From the NCBI GenBank assembly GCA_043228905.1, contig JBHGNT010000003.1, positions 2,976,001 through 3,040,000 of the forward strand: a DNA stretch of 64,000 bases. Direction: 5' to 3'. The notes under the pieces were generated by a model, which saw only the letters and a program-made list of their open reading frames with translations, was not told the DNA's origin and did no database searches. The translations under genes and the position numbers were made by a program. Below, piece after piece: positions 1 through 12,222 of this stretch (position 1 is the stretch's first letter; each line of letters opens with the position of its first letter). Source of the DNA: Azolla caroliniana (taxonomy: Eukaryota > Plantae > Polypodiophyta).

Positions 1-915
1 CCATGCGCATAAAGAGGGACTTGCTGTTGATAGGCAACCAAATTCCCATGTCATTTCTGAAGAAGATTTCTAACAATCCAGTTGATCTCGAGATGACGGT
101 AAGGGATTTTATTGTGCGATGTAATCCATTCTTCTCTACAGAAGTTGTAAGGACTAGATTTTTAGGATTTCTTAAATCGGAAAACATAAAAGTGGTCGAT
201 ACTTGCCAGCATCTACTTGATTCCCTGTACTATTTGTGCACTGTCGAAGAAGAATCTGCGAGACAAAGTAACTCTGAGGAATCCACAAGGAACTATGTTC
301 GCCTCCCAACTGCATTTCAACTCTGTGAAGCCGGGATTTCGTTCAAGGCTTGTGAAGGTAACATATCAGTGATGAAGTATGACAAGAGAAAACTTCAGCT
401 TCATCTTCCACGCCTTGTAGTGTACAATGACACAGAGGATGTGCTGAGGAACCTTATCGCACATGAAATAACTTCCAGAAAACAAGGTGAGTTATTGACG
501 TATGTGGTCATCATGAACTCGCTCATGGACAGTCAAGAAGATCTCGCGATCTTGAAAGAGGCGAAAGTCATAGAGAACCACATGGAGAACGATCAGAGGT
601 TCGCCGACATGTGGAAAAATATGTGCATCGAGGTGCCCGATAATGGCGAAACCAGAAGATGGAAACAGATGATGGATGATATAGTGGCCCACCATTCCTC
701 CCATGGTTAAGGGCAGGGTTTCATGAGAAGTTCTTTTCTCGTCCATGGTTAAGGGCATCATAAAATGTGGAATTTCTACTGCTCTTAGCTCAATATACCA
801 GGCAGTATTCAGGTATAAGCTATTACAAACCCCAAAATTAATTGTGGCGTTCCTACTGCTCTCCTCTCAGCTGCAACATACCAGGCATAGGTTATTACAA
901 ACCCGAAAACCTAAC
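1..915 (+). pseudogene. DUF247/UPF0481 family gene copy, 5' end outside the window, 3' end disrupted (stop at 708-710 before the C-terminal TM helix)
   Basis: ORF 3-710 has DLLLIGNQIP, HLLDSL, RLPTA..L..AGISFK, LRNLIAHE and DERF-type motifs and closely resembles 8182-9660. CCATGGTTAAGGGCA occurs at both 701-715 and 743-757 and creates the stop. The FFSRPW/TM tail follows frameshifted and partly duplicated. Confidence 0.85.
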
Positions 916-1162
916 CTTAAAGAAGCTCAATACAATCAAGTATTCAGCTTTGTCTATTAATTTGGTTTTAGTTTGATTTATTAATTTATTTATTTGCCGT
1001 TACTTATGTATTTATAATACAGATATCCAGATTGGCTTATGAAATTGTGGTAGATTATGTACTTATGGTGAATCATTTTCATGATTCATGTATTAATGGA
1101 AATAGATGTTGAGGGAATTAAATTTAAGTAATTGTTGCAATGAAGTACTGAAGCATAAACTT

Positions 1163-1210
1163 TTCTTCTTCTTCTTCTTCTTCTTCTTCTTCTTCTTCTT
1201 CATCTTCTTC
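1163..1210. repeat. (TTC)n microsatellite in the DUF247 3' flank
   Basis: Direct observation. The same position in the 3' flank carries (TTC)n at 9918-9986 and a short version near 24292. Confidence 0.95.
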
Positions 1211-1439
1211 CCGATCCCACGTTCGTCAAATTACCTACAAGCTAAAGACGATGTGAAAGAAATTGATTATGGAATGTCCAAATCAACCCGAATGCCAATT
1301 CTCCCCTAAAGGTAGTTCCACAGAATTACCTCATCATGTGAACCTAGCATATGTTGGTTGACAAATTTCTAGACTGTATCTGTTTCCTTGTTTCCTGATC
1401 TGTAGATGGACAAATATTGTTATGGGCAATTCTGTTACA

Positions 1440-2606
1440 GCAATTGTTGTCATGGTAACAATATCTAAGACTGTCACTAAAGATAAGCGTCTATGTTTGG
1501 GTGGCAATGATAGATGGATATCAAATACACGAACTTTGACTATTTTGGATGTTCTGATAGCAAGAAATCTACTTTAGGATACAATAAATTTGAAATTATG
1601 AGAGTTGCCCTCTATTGGCTATTGGAGGCCCCCCACCTTCAAGAATGTACTACTCTCCATTATGTAAACAATAATATTGTAGCTAATTCCTGAGTCATGT
1701 AAGGAAACTATATGGTTATCAACAATAGCTTATGTTGTGGGCATACTCAACTTGTACCTAGATTGGTTTCTAATTGTATCTTTGGCTAAAACGTTGGTCT
1801 ATCATGGCAAAACCAGGCACATAGTAGTGCGATATCATGTCATTCAAGAAAACATAGTTGGTAGGTTATTAGTCTTAACAAAATGCTACAAATGCATTGA
1901 CCAAGGGCTTGCCACGTGATGTGTTAGATCGTTCTTATCACTTGATAAAGGGTTTTGTTGTTCTTTAGGTTACACCATCGTTGATGTACGTAGTGTAACA
2001 TGTCCATAAGGTAGGAGGTATATGTCTTGTACTATCTTCCAATCAACTTTATCATTTTTAGCCTTTAGTGGGAGATTGTCAGATATGGCGTGCAAGGTCA
2101 AAAATGTAATAGCTAATATGTGAATAAGGGTAAATTGTAGTTTATATTTGGAAGGAAAGTGAAAAAGGATTTTTAGTGCGTGCCACCGATTTTCTTCTGC
2201 GACTTATCCCCTTTCCTTTCTCTATAGCATAGTTCCTAATATTCGCGTACGTCCAATTTACTGGACGTACGCGAACGTTTGCAAACGTATGCGTATGATA
2301 CGCGATATTCGTTTGGTTTTTTTTTTTTTTTTGACTTTTTTTTGGTTTTTTAAATTTTTGATATTCATAATATTTTGTGAATAGAAGTGACATCTGACAC
2401 ACATACACACACTCTCTCTCTCTCACACACGAGAACTGACAGATTTTCTCTCTCTACAAAATCTAGATATCTAATATACATATTACATACTCCCTCACAC
2501 AGACAAAACCCATAGCTCCTCTCTCTCTCTCTCTAGAGTCTAGATATACACTCAATCACTGTCTCCTCACACATGCAAAACAGGGCTTCTCTCTCTAGAC
2601 CACACA

Positions 2607-2643
<37 letters not shown>

Positions 2644-2960
2644 CCTCACACACACACACTATGTACACCATATACACCATATGTATATATAATATATCTA
2701 TGTACCGCGTATGGATTTCAATCATACTTGGAGCCTTTTCACGTATGAGTATGATACGAATATTGGCGTTTGAGTATGACACGAATGAGACGTATGGCTA
2801 GAACTATGCTCTATAGTGAATCTTTGTATTGAACTCACTGTAACACAATGAGGATAGTACATGCTACATGGGTTGGACCTATTGTAATTTCTAAATGTAA
2901 ATCTTTGAAGTTGAATAAAGTGTTCAACTATGGATATGCAAAATGTTAGAGAAACATAAA
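1440..2960 (+). mobile_element. Decayed Ty1/copia 3' end (RNase H fragment, PPT, LTR remnant)
   Basis: LAKTLVYHGKTRHIVVRYHVIQE (ORF 1737-1919) matches the copia RNase H motif H.RTKHI.VRYH.IRE. Purine tract AGTGGGAGAT is followed by TG at ~2078. Boundaries are approximate. Confidence 0.65.
2228..2808. mobile_element. Non-autonomous hAT-type MITE
   Basis: Termini CATAGTTC...GAACTATG form an inverted repeat. A perfect 8-bp target-site duplication CTCTATAG lies at 2220-2227 and 2809-2816. CG-rich subterminal motifs are present; no coding capacity. Confidence 0.85.
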
Positions 2961-3495
2961 TTTATTACATTCATTATGTATATAGTGGTATAAAAATGGA
3001 TATAATACATAGCATTATTAGTCATCAGAAAATTTGTATGGTTTATTAAAATGATGTAGACGCACATATTTAAATTGATGGCCTTTAGATTTTTCTTCGA
3101 CGTTGTTTACTGATTTTCATTACTACCATATCTCTTAAATTATATCTTGTATGAATTGAGATGCCCATGAAGAGAATAACGCTCAGCCACAACCGAGTTT
3201 GAAACACTCAATGGAAGAAATAACAAAGAAATGGAGATTAATGCACTTCTACATTCAATAGAGAGGACACAAGACGTTTACGTGGAAAACCCTAATAGGG
3301 AAAAACTACGGGAGCCTATAGACTCCATCAATCACTATAAGAGAAAGGGGGTACAATAGGGGACTCAGATGCAACGACCTCGAGCTCTATGTCTTCCGCA
3401 TTCCGCTAACATCCGCATTCCAACTAGGTAAGTGCTTGTATCCTAAGCCGGTTTCTGTTGACCAATTCAGAGTCCATCATCTTCTTCTCTGACTC

Positions 3496-4101
3496 TGTGA
3501 GAACTTGTGCAAAATATTGTTCAGCCACAACTTAGTCTTAAATCACTCAATGGAGAATCAAAACACAAAAACGGGCAGATGGGGATGAAATGCATGTCAC
3601 AAACAACAATGGAGGACACAAGATGTTTTACGTGGAAAACCCTAATCGGGAAAAACCACGGGAGCCTAGAGACTCCGAACTACCACTATATGAGAGGAAA
3701 TACAAAGATGAAGATCTTAGAAGTAACGACCTTGACATCTCCCTTCGCCAAAAAGCGGTTACAACAGAGAATGCTTGCAACTTCTCTCTAACTCTCTCTC
3801 TCTCTCTTTGTCACTCCTTTTTCAACAGTTACACACAATGTCATACGACTTCTACGTTATCTCTATGCAATATGGTTACCCTAGCTCATATTTATACTTA
3901 TATGACCTTAGGCCTATTTACAAATATAGTCTTTGTATGCTTATCTCAACATATTTACACATATGTCCTTCAATCTCGTTTACTCCGGATCCATCCGGAC
4001 TCACTCAATCCGGTTTCCGGATCCCTTCCGAATCCGGTTCTTTTGATTTGGTCTTGTCGATCCACATCCGAATCCTATCCGGAGGGACCAAAATCCCAAC
4101 A
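3496..4101 (-). mobile_element. Solo LTR (copia family) nested in the integrase-distal region of the host copia
   Basis: TG...CA termini, flanked by GACTC/GTCTC (5-bp TSD, 1 mismatch). Removing it restores host reading ITDWESEKK, matching LADWESEKK in the 45109 element. Confidence 0.85.
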
Positions 4102-6022
4102 GTCTCCCAGTCGGTAATGGTCTTGTCTTCCATAAAAGACTATGTCACGGCTCTGGAAAACCTTTCTGTCAACCAGGTCCCACACTCGGTAACCAAACTC
4201 ATCATCACCGTATCCAAGAAATATGCATGGCCGGAACTTTGGATCCAACTTTGCTCTCTTGTCCTTTGCTACATGCACGTAAGCGAGACACCCGAACAAC
4301 GTCAAATGCTGGTAAGACACATCCTTACCGGTCCATACTCTTCGTGGTGTGTCTCCGTCCAAGGGTGCTGAGGGTGATCTATTTATCACATAGGTCACTA
4401 TCATCAATGTATTAGCCCAAAACGTCTTGGACAACTTGGCATGTGCAAGAATGCTCTGGACTCTCGTCAAGTATGCATCAGGTACAATGTGTTGATCTTT
4501 TGGGCTCGGGCCCCGATCAAGCTTCCTTTGCTGAATTTCATGATGTCATTCCGGATGCTACCTATGTAGCCTTCATCGTCTAGTTGTTCGGCTGATATTA
4601 GGTTCAAATGAACGTCCGGAACATGTCGGACATCCTTCAACAACAACTTGCATCTTGTTGATGTCGTCAATAACACATCTCCTATGCCGACAATTTGGCA
4701 TGATCCTTCATTCCCCATCCATACACAACCATGACCTTTGGCTTTGTAGGATGAGAAGCCCTTCCGGTCGGGGGACAGATGAAATGACGCTTCAGAGTTG
4801 ACCACCCACGTCATTTCATCGCTAACAAGATGTAGCTCATTCTCCTCACTAATGAGTAGCAGTTCTTCCTCGCTCATCGCGATTGCTGACATCCCTCTTC
4901 GATCAAGATATTTCTGGTCTGAATCCTACTTCGGATTGGTGTTGACGGCCCTTTTCTCCTTCCGGAAGTGTCAGCAGTTCTTCTAGAAGTGTCTTGGCTT
5001 CCCACGGTAGAAGCACGTGGGTCTCCCCCTTGACTTCGACCTTGTCCCCGATTTGTCCCGATTTTGGCGACTCCGGTTCAGGTTTCTCCCTCGTTGTGTG
5101 TCGGACTCGGTTACCAAGGCTTTTGAGTCAAAGATCACTTCCTTATCTTTTCGACGCGCCTCTTCATCTAGCAAGCTTGACTTTACTCTTGCTAGCAACA
5201 ACTGCTTTCCTTCTGGCCTGACGTTGCCCACAGTGACAACTAGTGTCCCCAGCTATCCGCGAGGGACCCAAGCAATAGCAATGCAAGTACCTCATCGGCC
5301 AGAGGTACTTCCAATGAGGTGGCTTGGTTTATGAGCCCCTGGAAGGCATTCATGTGCTTCACCATACTGGAGCCGTCTTGATATCTGAGTCTCACCAGCT
5401 TCCGAAAAATTGAGACTCAATTTACGACATGCTTATTCTAGAACATGATACCTATCTTCTCCCAGAGTTCATGAGCCTTGCTTTCTTTGTTGAAGTTGTT
5501 GTACAGGTTCATGTCGATGAAGCATAGTATGTACGCCGCCGTCTTCATGTGCATCACCTCCCATGTCGTGGCATTGATCTTGTTCAGTCTCTTGTCCCCG
5601 AACTGTACCGGCAACCAGAGATCTTTACCCACCAGTATGTCCCTAATCTTCGACTTCCACATTGGGTCGTCGGAGCCAGTGAGCTTGAACATGCTTCCAA
5701 ATGACTCTTTTATTTTCTTCAAGGTTAAGAACCTTTGCTCTGATACCAGTATGAAGAGAATAGCATTCGGCCACAACCGAGTCTGAAACACTCAATGGAA
5801 GAAATAACAAAGAAATGGAGATCAATGCACTTCTACATTCAATCGAGAGGACACAAGATGTTTACGTGGAAAATCCTAATAGGGAAAAACCGTAAAGCCC
5901 ACAGACTCCAACAATCACTATAAGAGAAAGGGGGTACAATAGGGGACTCAGAGGCAATGACCTCGAGCTGTATGTCTTTGCCAATCGGTGATTACAACAG
6001 AAACTCGTTTTGTCTCTCTCCC

Positions 6023-6026
<4 letters not shown>

Positions 6027-6108
<82 letters not shown>
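6027..6108. repeat. Compound (CT)n(GT)n microsatellite within the LTR
   Basis: Direct observation. Confidence 0.95.
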
Positions 6109-6114
<6 letters not shown>

Positions 6115-7467
6115 CAACAAAATGATAATAACAAAACTAACTCACTAACTAATTAATGTTAGGGAAAAGTACCAGGATACCCCTGGAAGTTCATCTATTT
6201 ACCAAAATGCCCCTGAAAGTTCCAAATTTACCAAACTATCCCTATGTCCAAAAAATTACACTTTATAAAATAATTATACATTCAAATCTTGCACCAATTA
6301 GAGCTCATAATACAATGAGTAATAACCAGTTTACTAACACTTGCACCAAACTCTCCATTTTTTTTATACTGGCTATTTCCCTCTCAAATAAATTTATCAA
6401 TACTGGATTGATCTCTTTTTTTCTCAAAATATTCATGTTAGTTTGAGACATGGGTCTGATCACATTTTACTTGTGTTGTAGAAATGTGATCATATCACTA
6501 GTATTGTGTTTCAAAATCACTTCTCCTATGGGTAACTTACATCGAAGCTCTTTGCTAACGCTGAGACAAAGCTATTAGTTTCACATACTTTTTGTTCAAG
6601 TCTAATAATATCCATAAATCATCGCAATACCACAATGATACCAGACTTGATCACCACATATTTGACGTAGTAAACTAACATTTGGTTTCTAATATAGTCA
6701 ACCACAAGATTGAGTAACATGATTGCAGGCCCCACGCACAGTTCGCACGACATAATTGATTTGACATGATACACTAACATGATTGTTGGGTACATAGACA
6801 AGTTTCAAGGATTAGTTGTCTGTATTATTATCCTTGGCGTTATGCACATTATAGATCATTGTAGCACCTTGCATACACACATATCAGTTGGGTCCATAGA
6901 CAAGATTAAAAAATGAGATGTTTGTATTATTATCCTTGGCATTATGCACATTATAGGTCATTGTAGCAACTTGCATATACACATATGTTGTTTTCAATGG
7001 TTCACTTTAAGTGTGCTAATTGGATGTCAACGACTTGTTCTTTACACCCCAAAAGGTTTTCTTTCCTGTTCTTTTTATTATGAAATATCCGTAGTCAACT
7101 ACCTCTCCTTTTTCGCTTTCTCATGATCCTATCCTCTACGCTACAAGGAAAAATGCTCGATTTTGGTCCCCGAAGTTACATGTCCCACATCTTGTGTACC
7201 CACCTACCTACTTATTAACTAAATCTTTATCTATGATTCGGTAACTAGATAGGTAGACTTTAGGGAATAATCCTATTTATCCTTCAAACTGGGTGTCTAC
7301 GACAAAGTATAACCTGGTGACGTTCCTTCCCAAAGCTCTGTTCGAACAATTCAGGGGAGTTGCAAACCTCTATTTCCACTTCACCGTTGTACTGTCTGTC
7401 ACCCTTGACTTTTCTTGGATGCCACCACCAAAATGTGTTCACATCAATACATAAGAACTAATAGGTG

Positions 7468-7475
7468 TATAAAAA
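7468..7475 (+). promoter_or_regulatory. TATA box of the DUF247 promoter module
   Basis: GTATAAAAAGAGGAATG...TACTTTGATC context is conserved upstream of the 7607 ORF, the 12303 gene (12223) and, as CATAAAAAGAGG, the 8182 gene (8088). Confidence 0.65.
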
Positions 7476-7606
7476 GAGGAATGGATGGTACTTTGATCAT
7501 CTACAAGAAATTTATCAGTTTACAAGAAGAAAAAGAGGAAGAAATTATCAGTTCAGAAGAAGTAGAAGAAGAAGAAATCAGTTTAGAAGTAGTAGTCGTT
7601 TAAGAG

Positions 7607-7852
7607 ATGGGTGAGATTCATATCAACAAAGAAATCTGCCTTACAATCCAACCCAATTGGGCTATTGTGCATCCACATGAACCCATCCCTCCGAACCATA
7701 CAAACCACTCCATTGGGAAACTTGACCAATCCAAATGGTGGAAAGAAATCATAACAAAGATCACGAATATCACGAATGTGTCAATCTATGCACATAACTA
7801 TGATCGGTGTTGTGATCAGACATTGATCGGTCCACAAAAAGGGTTGCACTAA
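7607..7852 (+). pseudogene. 5'-only fragment of a DUF247 gene (81-aa ORF), paralog of the 12303 N-terminus
   Basis: MGEIHINKEICLTIQPNWAIVHPHEPIPPNHTNHSIGKLDQSKW aligns with MAENINKETRLTIQPNGVVHPHEPIHTSHTNYSIRQLGQAKW. Homology ends after ~55 codons. Confidence 0.8.
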
Positions 7853-8087
7853 CAAGTTGGGCCCACTAAAAAAAAAACTTCACATCTCAAATAAAAAGGT
7901 ATAAAAGAATCGATTAATTAGAATCGAAGTTCTTCCTATGGGAAATGGCTCCTCACATATTGCTAATCATGTAGGGAATTCCACACATTTGCATTCTTAT
8001 CTCTCTCTCTCTCTCTCTCTCCCTCCTTATCATACATAGTATATAGATTTTCTTATCATCTGAGAGTAGGATTAAGTCATAGAGATG

Positions 8088-8095
8088 CATAAAAA
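8088..8095 (+). promoter_or_regulatory. TATA-like box (CATAAAAA) upstream of DUF247 gene
   Basis: Homologous position and context to the TATA boxes at 7468 and 12223; ~90 bp upstream of the ATG. Confidence 0.5.
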
Positions 8096-8181
8096 GAGGG
8101 CTAGTACTACTTGATCTAATTCTATAACAAAGTAGTCAAACTTAGTGCCCCATAGAAGAACAAGAACAAGAACAAGACGAG

Positions 8182-9660
8182 ATGGGTACGAATATCAGAT
8201 TCAACACTGCAATTCCAAAACATGAACCTGCTCATCAGCTCATCTTAACCAAAGATGAATGGAGAGACTATATGAAGGAGACAATCAATGTGCATGTTGA
8301 TGATGAACCTGTGTTGAAGGAAAGTTGGATGATTTTGAAGCCTCCCCAAACATTGTTGGAAGTGAGGCCAGAGTCATATTACCCTAAATTAGTTACCATC
8401 GGTCCATTCTATCAAAATCGTGAGCCTTCCCCCGTTAATAAATTTAAGGCACTTTGTGTGAAGAAATTCATGAAAAGACATTGGATATCAGGTGTGGAAG
8501 ACCTTATACAATATCTCACCCCTCCTAAACAGGATGGACTTAGCCGCATCTATAATCTCAACCTCCCCCAATCTGACTTTGAGTGGCTCCAACTTCTGGT
8601 CACTGTAGATACCATCTTCATTCATGAATTCTTGCTGTTTCTGTCGACATCCCAACCTATGGAAAGTGTCTGCCGCTACTTTGCCATTTTCTACAATTCC
8701 GACCTTACACTCGGCCCGCGAATAGTGAGGGACTTGCTGTTGATAGGCAACCAAATTCCCATGTCATCTCTAAAGAAGATTTCTTACAATCGAGACTTCT
8801 CATTGGATGTTCTGGAGGAAACCATGAGGAAATTTATTGCCCACTGTAATCCATTCTTCTCTAGCGAAGTTGCACGGAGTGGATTTTTAGCATTTCTCGC
8901 ATCGAGAAACATAAAATTGATCAATACTTGCGACCATCTACTTGATTCCCTCTACTATGCGTGCACTGTCAAAGAAGAAGAATCTTCGAGACAAACTAAT
9001 CCCAAAGAATCCACAAAAAAATCTGTTTTCTCATGTTTCTCTTTACTGAGGAATATGCAGGTGTGCAAAAAGACCAAGAAACTAGAAACTCACAAAAACG
9101 AATATGTTCGCCTCCCAACAGCATCTCAACTCTCGAAAGCCGGCATCTCATTCAAGGCTTGTGAAGGTAACATATCAGTGATGAAGTATGACAAGAGGAA
9201 ACTTAAGATCCATCTTCCGCGCCTTGTCTTGTTTGACAGCACAGGGGATGTGCTGAGGAACCTCATTGCACATAACATAATGTCTAAGAAAGGAGATGAG
9301 TTTTTGATGTATGCGAACATCATGGACATGCTTATCGACACGCCAAAGGATCTCGCGATCCTGAAAAAGGCCAAAGTCATGGAGAATCATATGGGGAACG
9401 ACGAGAGGTTTGTCGATATGTGGAACAGCATGTGCATCAATGTGCCCTATAATCACAAATCCCAAAGATGGGAAGAGATGATCCAGGATATAGTGACCCA
9501 CCATTCCTCCCGTAGCCGCCGCTGGTATGCAGAGTTTCGTAAAAAATTCTTTTCTCGGCCATGGTTAACGATATCATTAATTGCAGCATTTCTACTCCTC
9601 TCGGCTTCAATATTGCAGGCAACCTATTCGGGCATAGGTTATTACAAACCCAAAAATTAA
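8182..9660 (+). CDS. DUF247/UPF0481 family protein, intronless, C-terminal TM helix (492 aa)
   Basis: Motifs YYPKLVTIGPFY, DLLLIGNQIP, HLLDSL, LPTASQLSKAGISFK, LRNLIAH, MDMLIDTPKDLAIL, NHMGNDE, FFSRPWLTISLIAAFLLL. Confidence 0.93.
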   Translation: MGTNIRFNTAIPKHEPAHQLILTKDEWRDYMKETINVHVDDEPVLKESWMILKPPQTLLEVRPESYYPKLVTIGPFYQNREPSPVNKFKALCVKKFMKRHWISGVEDLIQYLTPPKQDGLSRIYNLNLPQSDFEWLQLLVTVDTIFIHEFLLFLSTSQPMESVCRYFAIFYNSDLTLGPRIVRDLLLIGNQIPMSSLKKISYNRDFSLDVLEETMRKFIAHCNPFFSSEVARSGFLAFLASRNIKLINTCDHLLDSLYYACTVKEEESSRQTNPKESTKKSVFSCFSLLRNMQVCKKTKKLETHKNEYVRLPTASQLSKAGISFKACEGNISVMKYDKRKLKIHLPRLVLFDSTGDVLRNLIAHNIMSKKGDEFLMYANIMDMLIDTPKDLAILKKAKVMENHMGNDERFVDMWNSMCINVPYNHKSQRWEEMIQDIVTHHSSRSRRWYAEFRKKFFSRPWLTISLIAAFLLLSASILQATYSGIGYYKPKN

Positions 9661-9917
9661 CCTTACCTCAAACTATAGGGCAAAAATATAGAAGCTCAAC
9701 ACAATCAAGTATTTATTGAGCTTTGTTTATTCAATTGGTATTTCAGTTTGATTAACGTATATAAAATATAATCCAGATTGGCTTATGAAATTGTGGAAGA
9801 TTATGTACTTACAATGAATCGTTTTCATGGTTCATCTTGTTATTCATGTATTAATGGAAATAGATCATGTGGGAGTTAAATCTAAATAATTGTGGCAATG
9901 AAGTACTGAAGCACAAT

Positions 9918-9986
9918 TTCTTCTTCTTCTTCTTCTTCTTCTTCTTCTTCTTCTTCTTCTTCTTCTTCTTCTTCTTCTTCTTCTTC
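9918..9986. repeat. (TTC)n microsatellite in the DUF247 3' flank
   Basis: Direct observation. Confidence 0.95.
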
Positions 9987-10863
9987 CTGATCCCAGGTTC
10001 ATCAAATTACCTGGATGTTGGACACGATGGCAAAGAAATTGATTATAGAATGTCCAAATCAACCTGAATGGCATTATTAGTTGAGTCTCATGAACGTACT
10101 TGTTACAATAACAAATCATTTCAGCCAAACCCATTTAGTTTATCTTTCATATCTCCCGTTTCAATAACTGATTGATTATCAGAATATCCCTCCACCAAAC
10201 TGCAATATTTATTGATCGATGATGGATTTGAAGGATTAGTTAAAACCCCGACATTGGCACTATCCACAAGCATTGATTTTGGAGACCTAATTCTGACCAA
10301 AGTTTACATATGTTGTAGAAGCATGATCACATTACTATGATCTGTATGGTATTTCACAAATGTGTGTTATGGTCATTGTTGTATTTACTGTCATTAACGG
10401 GCCCAGCATATGATGTACAAAAAGGGAGGCACAAGCAAGTTGGGCTGAAAAGCTCCTCATCACTTTTTAAGGGTAAGAAAAAAAAGCATTCGATCAGACC
10501 TTGAGTATATAATTTTTCACATCTAAATCGACACATGTTACCTAATCATGTTAAGGTCAAGTTCTCAAAATCCTACTTTTTATACTGAGATATTAATACA
10601 TTAACTTGATCATATTTTCATATCTTCAAATATATTTCTTACACATGATATCAATGGAGGCAATATTAGGCATAATGCATGAAGACTTGTGAACAACTAA
10701 CAACTTGAGTGTACAAAAAAATATTGTACGTTGAAAAAGCTCATAAATCGTGTGATTTCTCATTTGATTTATCTCAATCATTGGTCATCTATAACTCTAG
10801 AGTTGAATATTCCTTTCTTCTTTCACATGATAGTCGAGCTTCTTGAATAACATCTTTAGTTGG

Positions 10864-11325
10864 TTTTGGTGATATCCATTTAGACTCAAGGTTGGAAAGT
10901 TTTCTTTATTGCCGACAACATGTTTTGGTGAGATTCATGAAGACTCAAGGGTAGAAGTTTTTCGTATTGATGTTAACATGTTTTTGTGGGATCCAAGATG
11001 ACCCAAGTGTGGAAATGTTTTTATATTGATGTCAACATGCTTTGGTCCAATCCACGAAGACCCGAGGGTGGAAGGTTTTATATATTGATGTCAACACATT
11101 TTGGTGGGATCCAATAAGAGTCAAGGGCTACAATGTCAACACATTTTGGTGGTATCCAAGAAGAGTCAAGGGTGAAAGTTTTTCCCCATATTGATGTCAA
11201 CACTTTTTTATGGGATTCAAGAAGACCGGAGGGTGGAAAGTTTTTTATGTTATTGTTAGTATAATTTGGTGGGATACAAGAAGACTCAAGGGTGAGAAGT
11301 TTTTTATATTATTGTTGGCATGTTC
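10864..11325. repeat. Tandem array of ~59-bp units (8 copies, one shortened, plus a detached copy at ~11510-11570)
   Basis: Approximate consensus TTTGGTGGGATCCAAGAAGACTCAAGGGTGGAAAGTTTTTATATTGATGTCAACA. A single copy sits in the homologous region at ~34107-34165. Confidence 0.9.
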
Positions 11326-12222
11326 CTGTTTCTCATTAATTTAGTGTGCACATTTAGATTAGGACATTGCAGCTATTGACACCGTCCTCTCATTTCACGA
11401 ATATTGACTTCTTCCACAAATTCTAGCTTTTCACGAGGAATTATTGAGCATGGAAAACCAAATTTGGCTACATCTCAATTCTTGCTTTTTCTGTATTTAT
11501 ATTAACATGTTTTGGTGGGATAGAAGAAGACTCAAGGGTGGAGAGTTTTCTATATTAATGATAGCATATTCTTGTTTCTCGTCAATTTGATATTTAGTGT
11601 GCACATTTAGATTAGGACATCGTGACGACTATGATGAGACTAGAAATTCTAACAACGTTGAAAAACGTTAAATGTTGAGCAACATTATCAAAGTACCGCC
11701 TTTATTCACCATATAAGGAACTTTTGATATTCCGACAAATTATTATCGCTGTCATATATACGAAGTTACCTTATGATGTTACATAAGGTCTTCATAATTT
11801 TAGTTTGCTCCTACATTTCCCTTTAAAAGACAGATAAACATGTTTGTTATTTACCATCCCTGTTGCTTAAGGGTAAATTCTGATTCATTGCAATCTGCAC
11901 ATTATGAATACATATGAGTACATGCAATAATTAGAATTCAATAGCATGAAATTTACATATATTCAACTTATTGTTCTTGATGTAATGAATATTACCTTTG
12001 AAGATACACAAAATCGATATATATACGATGGAAAATTTCTATCCAATGTTTGGAAAACAATAATATACCCATCTAGTAGGCATACAATATAGGAAAATTG
12101 CCTTCATTCTGGGCTCCATACATATGCTCCAGATTCTCATTCTTGTATCTCTCTCTTTCAGATTTCATAGATAAATAGATAGATAGACTTTATCATTGTG
12201 TAAGGGCATGAACTCGTAGTTG

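Larger units (their letters stand above)
3168..6120 (-). mobile_element. Degenerate Ty1/copia (Tnt1/Tork-like) element, RT/RNase H deleted
   Basis: LTR copies 3168-3395 and 5752-~6120 match. PBS tRNA-Met(i) (GCTCTGATACCA on +) at 5737-5748. Gag (5438-5791), zinc knuckle (~4990-5020), protease WVVNSEASFH (4467-4892) and integrase (4075-4470) fragments are broken by stops and frameshifts. Confidence 0.9.

Noticed and set aside
6160-6290. MITE/Mutator-like terminus (GGGAAAAGTACC...TTACCAAAATGCCCCT)
   Set aside because: Only one end is visible, with no matching TIR or TSD; too weak to annotate.
9865-10134. Poly-R/poly-F ORFs (also 1106-1309, 2567-2782, 5862-6148, 21237-21595, 33433-33648)
   Set aside because: Artefacts of microsatellites.
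10864-11325. CRISPR-like repeat/spacer periodicity
   Set aside because: The whole unit is repeated with no unique spacers, there are no cas genes, and the context is eukaryotic: it is a minisatellite.
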